Shown here: one piece after another, positions 35,379 to 46,060 of the stretch
How positions within the stretch are numbered: position 1 is the stretch's first letter
Layout: every line of letters begins with the position of its first letter
Source of the DNA: Thermoanaerobaculia bacterium
GTDB lineage: Bacteria > Acidobacteriota > Thermoanaerobaculia > UBA5066 > Gp7-AA6
Direction: 5' to 3'
Assembly (NCBI GenBank): GCA_036505535.1
Contig: DASXTI010000062.1
Span: forward strand, 39,249-103,248
DNA length: 64,000 bases
The notes under the pieces: model-generated
Seen by the model: the letters and a program-made list of their open reading frames with translations, nothing else
Told to the model about the DNA's origin: nothing
The model's database searches: none
Made by a program: the position numbers and the translations under genes

Positions 35379-35446
35379 TCGTGAATCGTGAGCCATCAGA
35401 CGGCTCGTCGAGCCCGCTCCGGACTCATGACTCACGACTCATGACC
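35379..35446. repeat. Heptad inverted element (GTGAATC GTGAGCC ATCAGAC / GACTCAT GACTCAC GACTCAT GACC) flanking a small GC hairpin GGCTC-GTC-GAGCC
   Basis: Seen in sequence. It starts right after the priA TAG and lies upstream of accA (GTG 35479). Confidence 0.8.
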
Positions 35447-35478
35447 GCCTCTGGCGTCAACCCCGGTACAATCGTTTC

Positions 35479-36441
35479 GTGAACGGCGAAAATGGCAACT
35501 TCGAGGAGCCGATCCTCCGGCTCCGGCGGCGGATCGAGGAGCTGTCCGCGTTGCCCGACGATGCCGCCCACCGCCGAGAGATCGAGAAGCTTCACGAGAA
35601 GCTCGACCGCGTCTCGCGTGAGATCTATCACGGGTTGACACCCTGGCAAAAGACGCTCGTGGCCCGCCATCCGGCACGCCCCTATACGCTCGACTACGTT
35701 CAGAACCTGATGGCGGATTTCGTGGAAGTTCACGGCGACCGAAAGTTTTCCGACGACGCCGCGATCGTGGCGGGGTTCGCCGAGTTTCGGGGCCGTCCGA
35801 TCGCAATCGTCGGACATCAAAAGGGGCGCGATACCAAGGAAAAGATTCGCCGCAACTTCGGCATGCCGCGGCCCGAGGGATTCCGCAAGGCGCTGCGGGT
35901 CATGCAACTCGCGGAGAAGTTCGGTCGGCCCATCCTCTCCTTCGTCGACACGGCGGGTGCCTATCCCGGAATCGACGCGGAGGAGCGAGGCCAGGCCGAA
36001 GCGATCGCCGTAAATCTGCGGGAGATGGCCCGCTTCCACGTCCCGATCATCGTCACGGTGACGGGGGAGGGGGGCTCGGGAGGGGCGCTCGCCCTCGGGA
36101 TCGGCGACCGCATCCTGATGCTCGAGCATGCGGTGTATTCGGTCATCACGCCCGAGGGCTGCGCGGCCATCCTGTGGAAGGACGCCGCCCGAAAGAAGGA
36201 GGCCGCCGAGGCGATGAAGATGACCGCGGGTGATCTTCGCGCGCTCGACGTCATCGATGAGATCGTGCCGGAGCCGCCCGGGGGTGCGCACGCCGATCCA
36301 GGAGGGGCCGCCGCCGCCGTGGGAGAGGCCGTCGAGAGACACCTGCGCGAGATTGCCCAGCTGACCCCGGAGGAGCGCCGGGAGAGACGCTACCGCCGGT
36401 TTCGGGCGCTCGGCCAGTTCGAGACCGTCGATAAGCCGTGA
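35479..36441 (+). CDS. accA: Acetyl-CoA carboxylase carboxyltransferase subunit alpha
   Basis: [10 protein letters not shown]... and [60 protein letters not shown]. Confidence 0.95.
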   Translation: MNGENGNFEEPILRLRRRIEELSALPDDAAHRREIEKLHEKLDRVSREIYHGLTPWQKTLVARHPARPYTLDYVQNLMADFVEVHGDRKFSDDAAIVAGFAEFRGRPIAIVGHQKGRDTKEKIRRNFGMPRPEGFRKALRVMQLAEKFGRPILSFVDTAGAYPGIDAEERGQAEAIAVNLREMARFHVPIIVTVTGEGGSGGALALGIGDRILMLEHAVYSVITPEGCAAILWKDAARKKEAAEAMKMTAGDLRALDVIDEIVPEPPGGAHADPGGAAAAVGEAVERHLREIAQLTPEERRERRYRRFRALGQFETVDKP

Positions 36442-38225
36442 CCTTCCCGGCGGCGGAGCCCGTGTCGGCCTCTCGGCGCGGACACGATTTGTCCGACCCG
36501 ACGGGGAAACTATCGCTCGTGAGCCCGCAGTGGCGTTTGGCGCCGTCGGATCCGGCCCCCACACGGCGGCTGGCCCGCGAGGCCGGCCTCTCCGACCTCG
36601 TGGCGCACCTGCTCTGGCGCCGCGGGGTCGCGAACGCCGAAGGCGCAAGGCTCTTTCTGAATCCACGCGGGGGCCCCCTGCACGACCCGTCCCTCCTGCT
36701 TGGAGCGGAGGAGGCCGCGGATCTGCTCGTCTCGGCCGCGCGCTCTGGCAAGCGAATCGTCGTTTTCGGCGATTACGATGTCGATGGCGTGACGGCGGTC
36801 GCTCAGCTGCGCGCCGCTCTCCGGCGCATTGGCGGGGATTCGGCGGCGTTCATTCCGCACAGGCTCCGCGACGGTTACGGTTTGAAGCCCGGGACCGTCA
36901 AGAGGGTGCTCCAGGAGCTCTCTCCGGCCGTCATCGTCACGGTGGATTGCGGAATTACCGCGGTCGAGGGGGTCGCGTGCGCGCGCGCGGCCGGTGTGGA
37001 CGTGGTCGTCACGGACCATCACCTGGTTCCCGATGCGCTGCCGGCCGGCGCCATCGTCGTCAACCCGAGGCAGCCCGGATGTCGCTATCCGGACAAGGAG
37101 CTCGCGGCCTCCGCGATCGCCCTGAAGATTGCCGAGTCCGTGGCGCGTCGCGCCGCGGTCACCCTGTCGCGCGAGTCGCTGCTGCGCGCCGCATGCCTCG
37201 GAACGATCGCCGACCTCGTACCACTGACCGGAGAGAATCGAGCGATCGCTGCCATGGGTCTTGCGGCACTGGCCTCCTGCCGCGCCCCGGGGCTTCGAGC
37301 CTTGCTCGCGGAAGCGGGCGTCGCTCCCGGCGCCGCGCCCACCGCCGAGGAGGTTGCCTTTCGAATCGCTCCACGTTTGAACGCTGCCGGCCGGCTCGAT
37401 ACCGCCGAGCTCGCCTTGACGCTCTTCGAGGAACGTGACGCCGCACGGGCGTCGCGGGTCGCCCGGGAGCTCTCGGCGCGCAACGCCGAGCGACAGAGCC
37501 TGGAACGGCGCGTCGTTTCGGAGGCCTCCGAGCGGCTCGAAAAGGATCCAGAGGCGGGCGCGGCGGCGCTGATCGTCGAGGCCGACTCCGGCTGGCACCG
37601 GGGCGTGCTCGGCATCGCCGCTTCCCGCCTGGCGCGGGAATATCACCGGCCCGTTCTACTCTTCGGTCTGGATGGAGACAAAGCGAGCGGTTCCGGCCGG
37701 AGCATTCCCGGGGTCTCGCTGTACGGCATCTTGAAAGAGCTCGCGGACCACTTCATCGATTTCGGCGGACACGACCAGGCCGTGGGCGCCACGCTCTCCT
37801 TGACCCGCTTCAAGACGTTTCGCGCGGAGGCGCGTGCCCTGTTTGCAGAGCGGGTTCCGGCCGAGACGCTTACACGATTCGAGGAGGCGGAGTCGGAGCT
37901 GCCCATCGAAATGATCTCCGAAGGACTTCCGGGCGAACTTTCCCGGCTCGAGCCGCACGGCGCCGGCAATCCGCGGCCCGTCTTTCTCGCGCGCGCCGTG
38001 CGTTCGAGCGGCGCACTCCTCCCCGTCGGCGAGCGCGGGCTCCGCGGGCGGCTGCGGCGGGCCCGCGGGGAGATTCGGTGCATCGCGTGGCAACCGGGGC
38101 CAGCTCTGGGGAGCCTCGCCGCCGACGGAGGACCTTTCGACATCCACTACCGCCTCGCTCCCGACCGCGGCTTCGGTCCGGAGGTAGAGATCATCGCGGC
38201 TCGCCCGGCGGGGGATGCTCCATGA
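36438..38225 (+). CDS. recJ: Single-stranded-DNA-specific exonuclease RecJ
   Basis: DHH motifs [25 protein letters not shown]. The true start may be a downstream GTG (near VSPQWRL). Confidence 0.9.
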   Translation: MTFPAAEPVSASRRGHDLSDPTGKLSLVSPQWRLAPSDPAPTRRLAREAGLSDLVAHLLWRRGVANAEGARLFLNPRGGPLHDPSLLLGAEEAADLLVSAARSGKRIVVFGDYDVDGVTAVAQLRAALRRIGGDSAAFIPHRLRDGYGLKPGTVKRVLQELSPAVIVTVDCGITAVEGVACARAAGVDVVVTDHHLVPDALPAGAIVVNPRQPGCRYPDKELAASAIALKIAESVARRAAVTLSRESLLRAACLGTIADLVPLTGENRAIAAMGLAALASCRAPGLRALLAEAGVAPGAAPTAEEVAFRIAPRLNAAGRLDTAELALTLFEERDAARASRVARELSARNAERQSLERRVVSEASERLEKDPEAGAAALIVEADSGWHRGVLGIAASRLAREYHRPVLLFGLDGDKASGSGRSIPGVSLYGILKELADHFIDFGGHDQAVGATLSLTRFKTFRAEARALFAERVPAETLTRFEEAESELPIEMISEGLPGELSRLEPHGAGNPRPVFLARAVRSSGALLPVGERGLRGRLRRARGEIRCIAWQPGPALGSLAADGGPFDIHYRLAPDRGFGPEVEIIAARPAGDAP

Positions 38226-40198
38226 GGATCCGCCGCCTCGAGCTTCTCGTCGTCGTCGCCATGGGGCTCTTCGTGCTGCTTCTTGCGTTCTCGTTTCGGC
38301 CCGGCCATCGGCCGGCCTCCAGCCACCGACAAGAGATTCCCCCGGCGCCGGCGTCTCAGGCCGCCGGGGAGCCGACGACGCTTCTCGATGGCTTCGACTT
38401 CACCGAATCCGTCGGCGGCAAGCCGCTTCTCCGGATCAAGGCCGATCGGACGATCGGTTACGGCCCCGGCGCAGGATTGGCGCCGAATCTGTATGCCGGC
38501 GAGAAGGTAACGCTCACCGTCTACCCGGAAGACGGCGCGCCAGTGACCGTCCATGCGGACCGGGCCGACTACGACGAGCGCAGCCGGGAATCCAAGCTCT
38601 TGGGGAATGTCCGATGGACGGACGGGGAAGGCTCCCTCGCCGAGACGGCGGAAGTGCTGTTCCATCCCGCCAATCGGACACTCGATGCTCCGAAGACCGT
38701 CCACTTTACGAAGGGCTCCATCGACCTGATGGCCCCGTCGGCTCGCTACGACCTTCGGGAGCGAGTCGTGCAGCTCAGCGGTCCCCTCGTGGGATCGGGA
38801 AGCGGAGAGGAGAGCGGCGGCCTTTCGCACTTGACCGCTCGCGAGGGACTCTACCGGCGAGAGCAGGGCGTGCTGGAGCTCGAGTTCGTCGAAGGCCAGT
38901 CGAGAACGGGAGATCGGCTCGCGGCCGACCACCTCATCGTGAAGATGGGGCCGACGGGAGGGGGCGCCGAGTGGGTACGGGCGACCGGAAGCGTGCGGGG
39001 CACGCTTTCTCCCCGAGAGGATTCCGGCACGCCGGCCGTCGAGAAGATCGTGCGGCACTACGCGGGAGATCAGAGCATGCTCTCCTTCGACTCCGACGGA
39101 AAGGCGCGGGCGTTTTCGCTTCTCGGCGCGCCCGCGGTTCTCTGGGAGGTGAAGCGACGCTTGGCGGCACGGCAGATCGACGTGGCGTTCTCCGACGGAC
39201 GCGCCACGTCCGCCCGGTTTGCCGGCGAGGTTCGCATTGAAGCTGAGGGTAACCGCGCATCCGCGGAGCGCGGAAGCCTCGGATTCGCCAAGGATGGCGC
39301 AGCCGACAACGTCGCGCTCGACGGGAACGTCAAGATCGACGCCGACGGACGGCGCGGCGAGGCCGCGCGCGCAGTGCAAGTCGGCGAGCAGGAGACCTGG
39401 GTGCTTCTGGGCGAGGCAGGGCGCTCGGCGCGCGCTGAAAGCGCGGGATCCCGTCTATCGGCCGACCGGATAGAGATCGAGAAGACGCGCCGCCAGGTCC
39501 GAGGCCAGGGGAAGGCACGAGCCGTCTTCGCTCCCGACCCGGGCAAGCCCGAAAGGACGATGACTCTCGTCGGGAATCCAAAGCGCCCGACCTACGCCAA
39601 GGCCGATCGGATCGTGCTCGATGACGCGAATCATCTCGCCACGCTGTCGGGCGGTGCCACCGTTTGGCAGGACAACTCTTCGCTCTTCGCCGACGACATG
39701 ACACTCGCCGACGTCGAGAAGACCTTGACCGCCGTGAACAATGTGCGCGCCGTTCTGACCCCCGCTGGTGACCAGGCCGCGAAGCCCGGGGATCGGGCCG
39801 CGTCGGTCATTGCGGCCAAACACCTGCTCTATCGCGAGAGCGACCGGACCGCACGCTTCGAGGGGGGAGTGACGATGACGCGCGGCGGGTTGCGGACGAC
39901 CGGCGGTGAGTCCACGGCCTGGCTCGGCAAGAACCAGGACGTCGACTGTGTCGAGATGTCGGGGCAGGTCAACCTCGTGGATCGGACCGCCGGCCGGACA
40001 GGCAGAGCCGAGAAGGCTCTGGACTACCCCAAGCAGGGCAAGACGATCCTCTGGGGCAATCCCGCGCGTCTGACCGATGCCGGGGGCAACCAGGTCGCCG
40101 GGGCCATCTTGACGATCCTCGACCGGGGGCGTAGCGTCGAGGTCACGGCGCCCGAAGGCGGCAAGACCGAAACGATTCACCGGACACCGAACGATTGA
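38222..40198 (+). CDS. LptC/LptA (OstA)-like LPS transport protein, long multi-repeat form with N-terminal anchor
   Basis: ATG at 38222 within ORF 38078..40198. N-terminal [20 protein letters not shown]. Repeated OstA-like beta-jellyroll segments. Immediately upstream of lptB (TTGA overlap). Confidence 0.65.
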   Translation: MRIRRLELLVVVAMGLFVLLLAFSFRPGHRPASSHRQEIPPAPASQAAGEPTTLLDGFDFTESVGGKPLLRIKADRTIGYGPGAGLAPNLYAGEKVTLTVYPEDGAPVTVHADRADYDERSRESKLLGNVRWTDGEGSLAETAEVLFHPANRTLDAPKTVHFTKGSIDLMAPSARYDLRERVVQLSGPLVGSGSGEESGGLSHLTAREGLYRREQGVLELEFVEGQSRTGDRLAADHLIVKMGPTGGGAEWVRATGSVRGTLSPREDSGTPAVEKIVRHYAGDQSMLSFDSDGKARAFSLLGAPAVLWEVKRRLAARQIDVAFSDGRATSARFAGEVRIEAEGNRASAERGSLGFAKDGAADNVALDGNVKIDADGRRGEAARAVQVGEQETWVLLGEAGRSARAESAGSRLSADRIEIEKTRRQVRGQGKARAVFAPDPGKPERTMTLVGNPKRPTYAKADRIVLDDANHLATLSGGATVWQDNSSLFADDMTLADVEKTLTAVNNVRAVLTPAGDQAAKPGDRAASVIAAKHLLYRESDRTARFEGGVTMTRGGLRTTGGESTAWLGKNQDVDCVEMSGQVNLVDRTAGRTGRAEKALDYPKQGKTILWGNPARLTDAGGNQVAGAILTILDRGRSVEVTAPEGGKTETIHRTPND

Positions 40199-40950
40199 GC
40201 GACAGCGCATCGAGATCCGGAGACCGGCCGGTTCTCTCGGCCGAAGGTCTTCTTAAAACCTACGGCGGACGGACCGTCGTTCGCGAGATCTCGCTTGAGA
40301 TCGCCTCCAGCGAGATCGTTGGGCTCCTGGGCCCCAACGGCGCCGGGAAGACCACCATCTTCTCGATCGTGGTCGGTCTCGTGCGTCCGGACGCGGGCGT
40401 GGTGCGACTGGGGGATCGCGACTTGACGGAGCTTCCGATGTACCGGCGGGCGCGGGCCGGCATCTCGTATCTGCCTCAGGAGCCGTCGGTCTTCCGAAAG
40501 ATGACCGTGGAGGAAAACCTCCTCGCCATCCTCGAGACTCTCGAGCTGTCCCCCTCGCAGCGCAACGATCGATGCGACGCTCTTCTCGAGGAGTTCGGCC
40601 TCCAGCCGCTTCGGCGCAACCGCGCCTACACGCTGTCCGGCGGGGAACGCCGAAGGGTGGAGATTGCGCGAAGTCTGGTTCTCTCCCCTTACTTTCTCCT
40701 CTTGGACGAGCCGTTTGCCGGGATCGACCCGATTGCCGTCCTCGATATCCAGCAGATCGTGCGTCGCCTGGCGTCTTCGGGCATCGGCGTGCTCGTGACG
40801 GACCATAACGTGCGCGAGACTTTGAGCATCGTCGACCGGGCTTATATAATCAGCGGGGGAGAGATTCTCCGTTCGGGCACGCCGCTTGCCCTGTCGAGCG
40901 ACGCCGTCGTAAAGAAGATCTATCTCGGGGAGGGTTTCCGGCTCCATTGA
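40195..40950 (+). CDS. lptB: LPS export ABC transporter ATP-binding protein LptB
   Basis: Walker [10 protein letters not shown], signature [13 protein letters not shown], Walker [10 protein letters not shown]. The position before rpoN is conserved. Confidence 0.9.
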   Translation: MSDSASRSGDRPVLSAEGLLKTYGGRTVVREISLEIASSEIVGLLGPNGAGKTTIFSIVVGLVRPDAGVVRLGDRDLTELPMYRRARAGISYLPQEPSVFRKMTVEENLLAILETLELSPSQRNDRCDALLEEFGLQPLRRNRAYTLSGGERRRVEIARSLVLSPYFLLLDEPFAGIDPIAVLDIQQIVRRLASSGIGVLVTDHNVRETLSIVDRAYIISGGEILRSGTPLALSSDAVVKKIYLGEGFRLH

Positions 40951-40964
40951 GCCCCGCTGTCGTC

Positions 40965-42413
40965 ATGGCTTTGGAACAAAAGCTCAACTTGCGGCTCTCC
41001 CAGCGACTGGTCATGACGCCGTCGCTCCAGCAGGCGATCAAGCTGCTGCAGATGTCCCGCCTCGAGCTCCAGGAAGTCCTCACCCAGGAGATGGTCGAGA
41101 ACCCTATCCTCGAGGAGCAGGAGGAGACGACGGAAGCCGAACGTGCCGAAGCGGCGCGGGACAGCGAGGACGCCGCGACTCCGCCCGAGGCGCCGCCTCC
41201 CGCCGAAAAGGAGCGCGACTCCTTCGAGGAGATCGACTTCAATTCCTATTTCGAGGACTATCTCGATGCTGCCTACAATCCCCGGCAATACGAGGAACAG
41301 CCCGAGGAGTACTCACTCGAGAACGTCTTAACGCGCCCGGAGGGTCTCGCGGAGTACCTGAACTGGCAGCTGTCGATGTCCGAGGCGGGGCCGGCGGTCC
41401 GCGAAATCGCGGCCTATCTGATCGGGAACATCGACGAGGACGGCTACCTCCGCGTCTCGCGCGAGGAAATCCGGCTGGCTCATTACGAGAATGATGCGGA
41501 CGTCGAGGCGGCGATCGCGCTGGTCCGCTCCTTCGATCCTCCGGGCGTGTGCGCGTTCGACTTACCCGACTGTCTCATGCTCCAGCTCGCCTCTCTTGGC
41601 ATCGAGAACGAGCTCATCGAGAGGATCATCCGGCATCACTGGCCGGAGTTTCTGAATCGGCAGTTCGCGGCACTCGCCAAGACGCTCGGCGTCGGAATGT
41701 CCGAAATCCAGGCGGCCGTCGAGATCGTGAAGAATCTCGAGCCGCGGCCCGGACGTAAGTACTCGAGCGAGCGCACGATATACGTCGAGCCGGACGTCTT
41801 CGTGCGAAAGATCGGAGACGACTACGTCATCCAGCTTTCCGAGGACGGCCTACCGAGGCTCCGCATCTCGGCGGCATATCGCCGGCTCCTTCGGGGCGGG
41901 GACGGGGCGATCGGTGCGGAGGCGGCCAACTACCTCAAGGACAAGATGCGGTCGGCCGTCTGGCTGATCAAGAGTCTCGATCAACGGCAGCGGACCATCT
42001 ACAAGGTGGCCGACTCCATCGTCCGCCACCAGCGCGCCTTTCTCGATCACGGAATCGAGCACTTGCGGCCGCTCGTACTGCGCGACGTGGCCAACGACAT
42101 CGGCATGCACGAGTCCACGGTCTCCCGCGTCGTGTCGAACAAGTACATCCATACCCCGCGCGGCCTCCTTCCGATGAAATACTTCTTCCACAGCGGGATC
42201 GACTCGACCACCGGCGACGACGTTTCGTCGCTGTCGATCAAGAACAAGATCGCCCGGATCGTGCAAGATGAAGATTCCCGCCATCCCTACTCCGATGCGC
42301 GCATCATGCAGAAGCTCCGGGCCGAGGGAATTCAGATCGCTCGCCGTACGGTCGCCAAGTATCGCGAGGAGCTGCGGATTCCCTCCTCCTCTCAAAGGAA
42401 ACAGAGCTTTTAG
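40965..42413 (+). CDS. rpoN: RNA polymerase sigma-54 factor
   Basis: N-terminal MALEQKLNLRLSQRLVMTPSLQQAIKLLQM. RpoN box ARRTVAKYR near the C-terminus. Confidence 0.95.
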   Translation: MALEQKLNLRLSQRLVMTPSLQQAIKLLQMSRLELQEVLTQEMVENPILEEQEETTEAERAEAARDSEDAATPPEAPPPAEKERDSFEEIDFNSYFEDYLDAAYNPRQYEEQPEEYSLENVLTRPEGLAEYLNWQLSMSEAGPAVREIAAYLIGNIDEDGYLRVSREEIRLAHYENDADVEAAIALVRSFDPPGVCAFDLPDCLMLQLASLGIENELIERIIRHHWPEFLNRQFAALAKTLGVGMSEIQAAVEIVKNLEPRPGRKYSSERTIYVEPDVFVRKIGDDYVIQLSEDGLPRLRISAAYRRLLRGGDGAIGAEAANYLKDKMRSAVWLIKSLDQRQRTIYKVADSIVRHQRAFLDHGIEHLRPLVLRDVANDIGMHESTVSRVVSNKYIHTPRGLLPMKYFFHSGIDSTTGDDVSSLSIKNKIARIVQDEDSRHPYSDARIMQKLRAEGIQIARRTVAKYREELRIPSSSQRKQSF

Positions 42414-42424
42414 GAGGAAGCAAC

Positions 42425-42970
42425 ATGGCCGTGGAATGCACCGGACGCAACGTCGAAGTCACACCGTCTCTGAGGGAGCTCGCCGAGGATCGGGCCCAAA
42501 GACTGGAGAGGCACCTGGGGGGCCCGGCCGATGTGCGCATCGTTCTTTCTCACGAAAAGCACCGGTTTGGCGCGGAGATCATCGCGATCCACCGACGCCG
42601 CCGGTGGAAGGCGCAAGAAGAGACGGCAGACCCCCGCGCGGCCGTGGCTCTGGCTTTCGAGAAGATCGACGCGCAGGCGAAGCGCGACTCGAAGAAGCGC
42701 CGGAATCGAAAGCATCGCGGCTGGGCGCGTTTCCTCCCGAAACGCTGGCGGAGCGAACCCGCGGCGCCGCGGCCTGCCGCCCGCGCGGTCGCGCGGGTTG
42801 TCCGCATGATGCCGCCGGCCGTCAAGCCGATGGGGGTGGACGAGGCCGCCCTCGCCATGGAATCCTCGGGAGAAGAAGTGCTCGTCTTTCGCGACTCCTC
42901 GAACGACAAGGTCTCGGTTCTTTACCGCCAACGCGATGGAGACTTCGGACTGATCGTGCCCGAATGCTGA
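42425..42970 (+). CDS. hpf: Ribosome hibernation promoting factor (long HPF)
   Basis: Sigma-54 modulation protein fold at the N-terminus and a C-terminal dimerisation domain (KPMGVDEAALAM...VLVFRD...VSVLYRQRDGDFGLI). Strong AGGAGGA SD. Confidence 0.9.
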   Translation: MAVECTGRNVEVTPSLRELAEDRAQRLERHLGGPADVRIVLSHEKHRFGAEIIAIHRRRRWKAQEETADPRAAVALAFEKIDAQAKRDSKKRRNRKHRGWARFLPKRWRSEPAAPRPAARAVARVVRMMPPAVKPMGVDEAALAMESSGEEVLVFRDSSNDKVSVLYRQRDGDFGLIVPEC

Positions 42971-43473
42971 TGGGCGTCGAAGAGGAGGATCGCGCCGCGG
43001 TACGCCGAGAGAGACTTCTCGATCCCGCTCTCGTCTTCCACGGCCTTCCCGGGCGCACCCGCGACGAAGTTCTCGAGGAGCTCGCCTCTCATCTCGCCGA
43101 GCGCGGTCGCGTCAGCGCGCCGGGGGAGCTCGTCGACCGTCTTCTGGAGCGGGAGAAACTGGGCTGCACGGGGCTCGGCGGAGGAGTCGCGATCCCGCAC
43201 TGCAAGTGGAAGGACCTCGACGAAGTGGTCGTCGCCGTGGCATCGACCGAGCACCCTGTCGATTTCGCAGCGGCCGACGGAGTTCCGGTGAGTCTCGTCT
43301 TCCTCGTTGTATCCCCGGCGCAAGCGCCGGCCGCGCACCTGCAAACCCTGGCCCGCATTTCCCGTCTTCTCCGCACGCCCCGAGTCGTCGAGGGCCTCCG
43401 GCGTGCCGAGTCCTCCGAGAAGATGCTCGAGGTGCTACGCGAAGCCGAGGCGGGGCTTCCGGTGGCTCCGTGA
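42964..43473 (+). CDS. ptsN: PTS EIIA-Ntr nitrogen regulatory protein
   Basis: Within ORF 42268..43473. Active-site region GLGGGVAIPHCK. Start is the ATG at 42964 or at 42970. Confidence 0.85.
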   Translation: MLMGVEEEDRAAVRRERLLDPALVFHGLPGRTRDEVLEELASHLAERGRVSAPGELVDRLLEREKLGCTGLGGGVAIPHCKWKDLDEVVVAVASTEHPVDFAAADGVPVSLVFLVVSPAQAPAAHLQTLARISRLLRTPRVVEGLRRAESSEKMLEVLREAEAGLPVAP

Positions 43474-44453
43474 ACGGACCGCCGGGAAGCCGCAGCGCCA
43501 CACTTACCGCCGAAATCCTGCGGTCGCCGGCGCTCGAGGACCTCGAGTTACGCATCATCGCGGGAGAGGCCGGCTTCCAGCGCCCGATCTCCTGGGGGCG
43601 TATCCAGCGACCGGGCCTCGCGCTCGCCGGCTTTCTGCCGTACATCAAGCCGGGACGCATCCAGATCCTCGGCGAGAGCGAGCTCAACTACCTCGAGACG
43701 ATGCCTCCCGAGGTGCGACGTGAGCGGATAAGCTCGATTTGCGCGCTTCCCGTCGCGGCTTTCGTAATCACGAAAGGGCAGAGCCCGCCAGAAGACATCG
43801 CGCGCGAGTGCCGGTTGCGGAAGATCCCGCTCCTCGTCTCGGATCAGACGACCTCCGTCGTGATCCAGTCGATCACGCGTGTGCTCGAGGACGAGCTCGC
43901 GCCCTCGACCACGCTCCACGGCGTGCTCGTCGACGTCTACGGGATGGGCGTTCTTCTCCTCGGCGAGTCGGGTATCGGCAAGAGCGAGTGTGCGCTCGAC
44001 CTGGTTCACCGCGGCCATCGCCTCGTCGCCGATGACGCCGTCGAGATCCGCCGGTATCCGAACGGGGCGCTCGTGGGCCGCGCCGCGGAGATGATCCGAT
44101 ATCACATGGAGCTGCGCGGCATCGGGATCATCAACATCAAGCACCTCTTCGGAGTTTCCGCGGTGCGCTCGTCGAAGTCGATAGAGCTCGTCATCGAGCT
44201 CGAACGCTGGGACCCTGCCAAGAAGTACGACCGGCTGGGGTTGGATGGTGAGACCTACACGATCCTCGAGCGCGAGCGTCCGCGCCTGCGGCTTCCCGTC
44301 GCCTCCGGGCGCAACCTCGCGCTGCTGATCGAGATCGCGGCCCGCAACGAGCTCCTGAAGACGCAGGGCTACGACGCGGCCAAGGAGTTCTCGCGCCGCG
44401 TCGACGAGGAGATCGCCAAGAATGCGCACGCGGAGGGTGGGAGACGTCGGTGA
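43470..44453 (+). CDS. hprK: HPr kinase/phosphorylase
   Basis: GTG at 43470 within ORF 43206..44453. LHGVLVDVYGMGVLLLGESGIGKSECALDLVHRGHRLVADD. Confidence 0.9.
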   Translation: MNGPPGSRSATLTAEILRSPALEDLELRIIAGEAGFQRPISWGRIQRPGLALAGFLPYIKPGRIQILGESELNYLETMPPEVRRERISSICALPVAAFVITKGQSPPEDIARECRLRKIPLLVSDQTTSVVIQSITRVLEDELAPSTTLHGVLVDVYGMGVLLLGESGIGKSECALDLVHRGHRLVADDAVEIRRYPNGALVGRAAEMIRYHMELRGIGIINIKHLFGVSAVRSSKSIELVIELERWDPAKKYDRLGLDGETYTILERERPRLRLPVASGRNLALLIEIAARNELLKTQGYDAAKEFSRRVDEEIAKNAHAEGGRRR

Positions 44454-45331
44454 CGGCGGCGTCCGCCCCGGCGCATCCCGCGGCGCCCGAGAGCCTCGTT
44501 ATCGTGACCGGTCTCTCAGGCTCGGGCAAGAGCTACGTGAACAAGTGCCTCGAGGACATGGGATACTTTTGTGTCGACAACCTGCCTCTCGAGCTCGTCG
44601 AGCCGCTGCTCGATCGGGTCACCTCCAAACGCGTGGGCATCATCCTCGACGTGCGGAATCCCGATTTTGCGGCCCGCTTTCCGGGAATTCTCGACCGGGT
44701 CCGGCGGCGCGTGCCGGGCGCGCGGTTGCTTTTCCTCGACGCGACGGAAGAGTCTCTCATTCGGCGCTTCTCGGAGACGCGGCGGCCGCATCCGCTCGCC
44801 GGAAGAGTCTCCCTGCTCGAGGCACTGCGGAAGGAGCGCGAGATGCTCGAAGAAGTGCGCGCCGTTTCCGACGTCGTCGTGGATACGTCGGCCATGACGG
44901 TTCACGAACTGCGCTCCTTCATGCAAAAGACTTTCGTCGGGGACCCGGAAAGCCCCGGAATGGTGATCTCGGCCACCTCTTTCGGCTACAAGTTCGGGAC
45001 TCCGCACGACGTCGACCTTCTGTTCGACGTGCGGTTCCTCGCCAATCCTCACTTCGTGCCGGAGCTGAAGGGAAAAACGGGCACGGACCCGGCGGTGGCT
45101 GCTTACATCGAGAAGGATCCGGAGACCGCCGTATTCCTCGGCCAGCTTGTGCAGTTCCTCGATTATCTCCTCCCGCGATTCGACAAGGAACGCAAGAGTT
45201 ACCTTTCGATCGGCATCGGGTGCACGGGGGGGAAGCACCGTTCGGTCTACATCGCCGAAGAGCTCGCCCGGCTCCTGAAGGAGAAGGGCTATCCGGTCAG
45301 GGTGTCCCACCGAGACGCGACGCGCGAGTGA
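44450..45331 (+). CDS. rapZ: RNase adapter protein RapZ (P-loop NTPase)
   Basis: P-loop VIVTGLSGSGKS. C-terminal GCTGGKHRSV motif. Confidence 0.9.
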   Translation: MTAASAPAHPAAPESLVIVTGLSGSGKSYVNKCLEDMGYFCVDNLPLELVEPLLDRVTSKRVGIILDVRNPDFAARFPGILDRVRRRVPGARLLFLDATEESLIRRFSETRRPHPLAGRVSLLEALRKEREMLEEVRAVSDVVVDTSAMTVHELRSFMQKTFVGDPESPGMVISATSFGYKFGTPHDVDLLFDVRFLANPHFVPELKGKTGTDPAVAAYIEKDPETAVFLGQLVQFLDYLLPRFDKERKSYLSIGIGCTGGKHRSVYIAEELARLLKEKGYPVRVSHRDATRE

Positions 45332-45348
45332 GATAATGAGCGGCTTCG

Positions 45349-45789
45349 ATGATTGGAATTCTCCTCGTCACACACGGCAGACTCGCCGAAGAGCTCCGCG
45401 CAGCCGCCCTCACCATCCAGCCCGGCTTGGAGCGCGTCGTCGCCCTGGCGCTCGAGTGGAGCGAGACGGGTGAGGATGCGCGCGAGAAAATTCGCAGGGC
45501 TCTCGAGCAGGCCGACGAGGGAGATGGCGTCGTCATTCTGACCGACATGTTCGGAGGCACACCGACCAACCTCACGTTGCCGTTCCTCCGAAAGGAGCGG
45601 GTGGAGATCGTGACGGGGGTCAATCTCCCGATGATCCTCAAGTGTGCGTCCCTCCAGAGGAGTGGCCGCCCTGTCACCGAAGTCGCCCACGTGGCCAAGG
45701 ATCGCGGCCAGAGGTCGATCTACGTGGCGTCGGATCTGCTCGCCGAAGAAGGGGCGCCGGAGGTGGTGTCGGAGAAACAGGAATCGTGA
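45349..45789 (+). CDS. PTS EIIA component, mannose/fructose family (ManX-like, stand-alone)
   Basis: MIGILLVTHGRLAEEL with the conserved His, and DMFGGTP. Confidence 0.85.
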   Translation: MIGILLVTHGRLAEELRAAALTIQPGLERVVALALEWSETGEDAREKIRRALEQADEGDGVVILTDMFGGTPTNLTLPFLRKERVEIVTGVNLPMILKCASLQRSGRPVTEVAHVAKDRGQRSIYVASDLLAEEGAPEVVSEKQES

Positions 45790-46055
45790 TCGAGCGCGAG
45801 CTCGCCATTCGAAACCGACTCGGCCTCCACGCCCGCGCGGCCGCGAAGTTCGTTCAGACGGCCAGCCGCTTCCGGTCGGAGGTCAAAATCCGTAAGAACG
45901 GGGAAGAGGTGGACGGTAAGAGCATTCTCGGCATTCTTCTGCTCGCCGCCTCGCAGGGAACTCGGATCACGCTCGCCGTATCGGGCCCGGATGAAGCCGC
46001 CGCGTTCGCGGCGGTCGAGGAACTGATCGCCCGCAGCTTCGACGAGGAAGAGTAG
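45786..46055 (+). CDS. ptsH: Phosphocarrier protein HPr/NPr
   Basis: GTG at 45786 within ORF 45642..46055. GLHARAAA (His-15 region) and GKSILGIL (Ser-46 region). Confidence 0.9.
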   Translation: MIERELAIRNRLGLHARAAAKFVQTASRFRSEVKIRKNGEEVDGKSILGILLLAASQGTRITLAVSGPDEAAAFAAVEELIARSFDEEE

Positions 46056-46060
46056 GAGGA

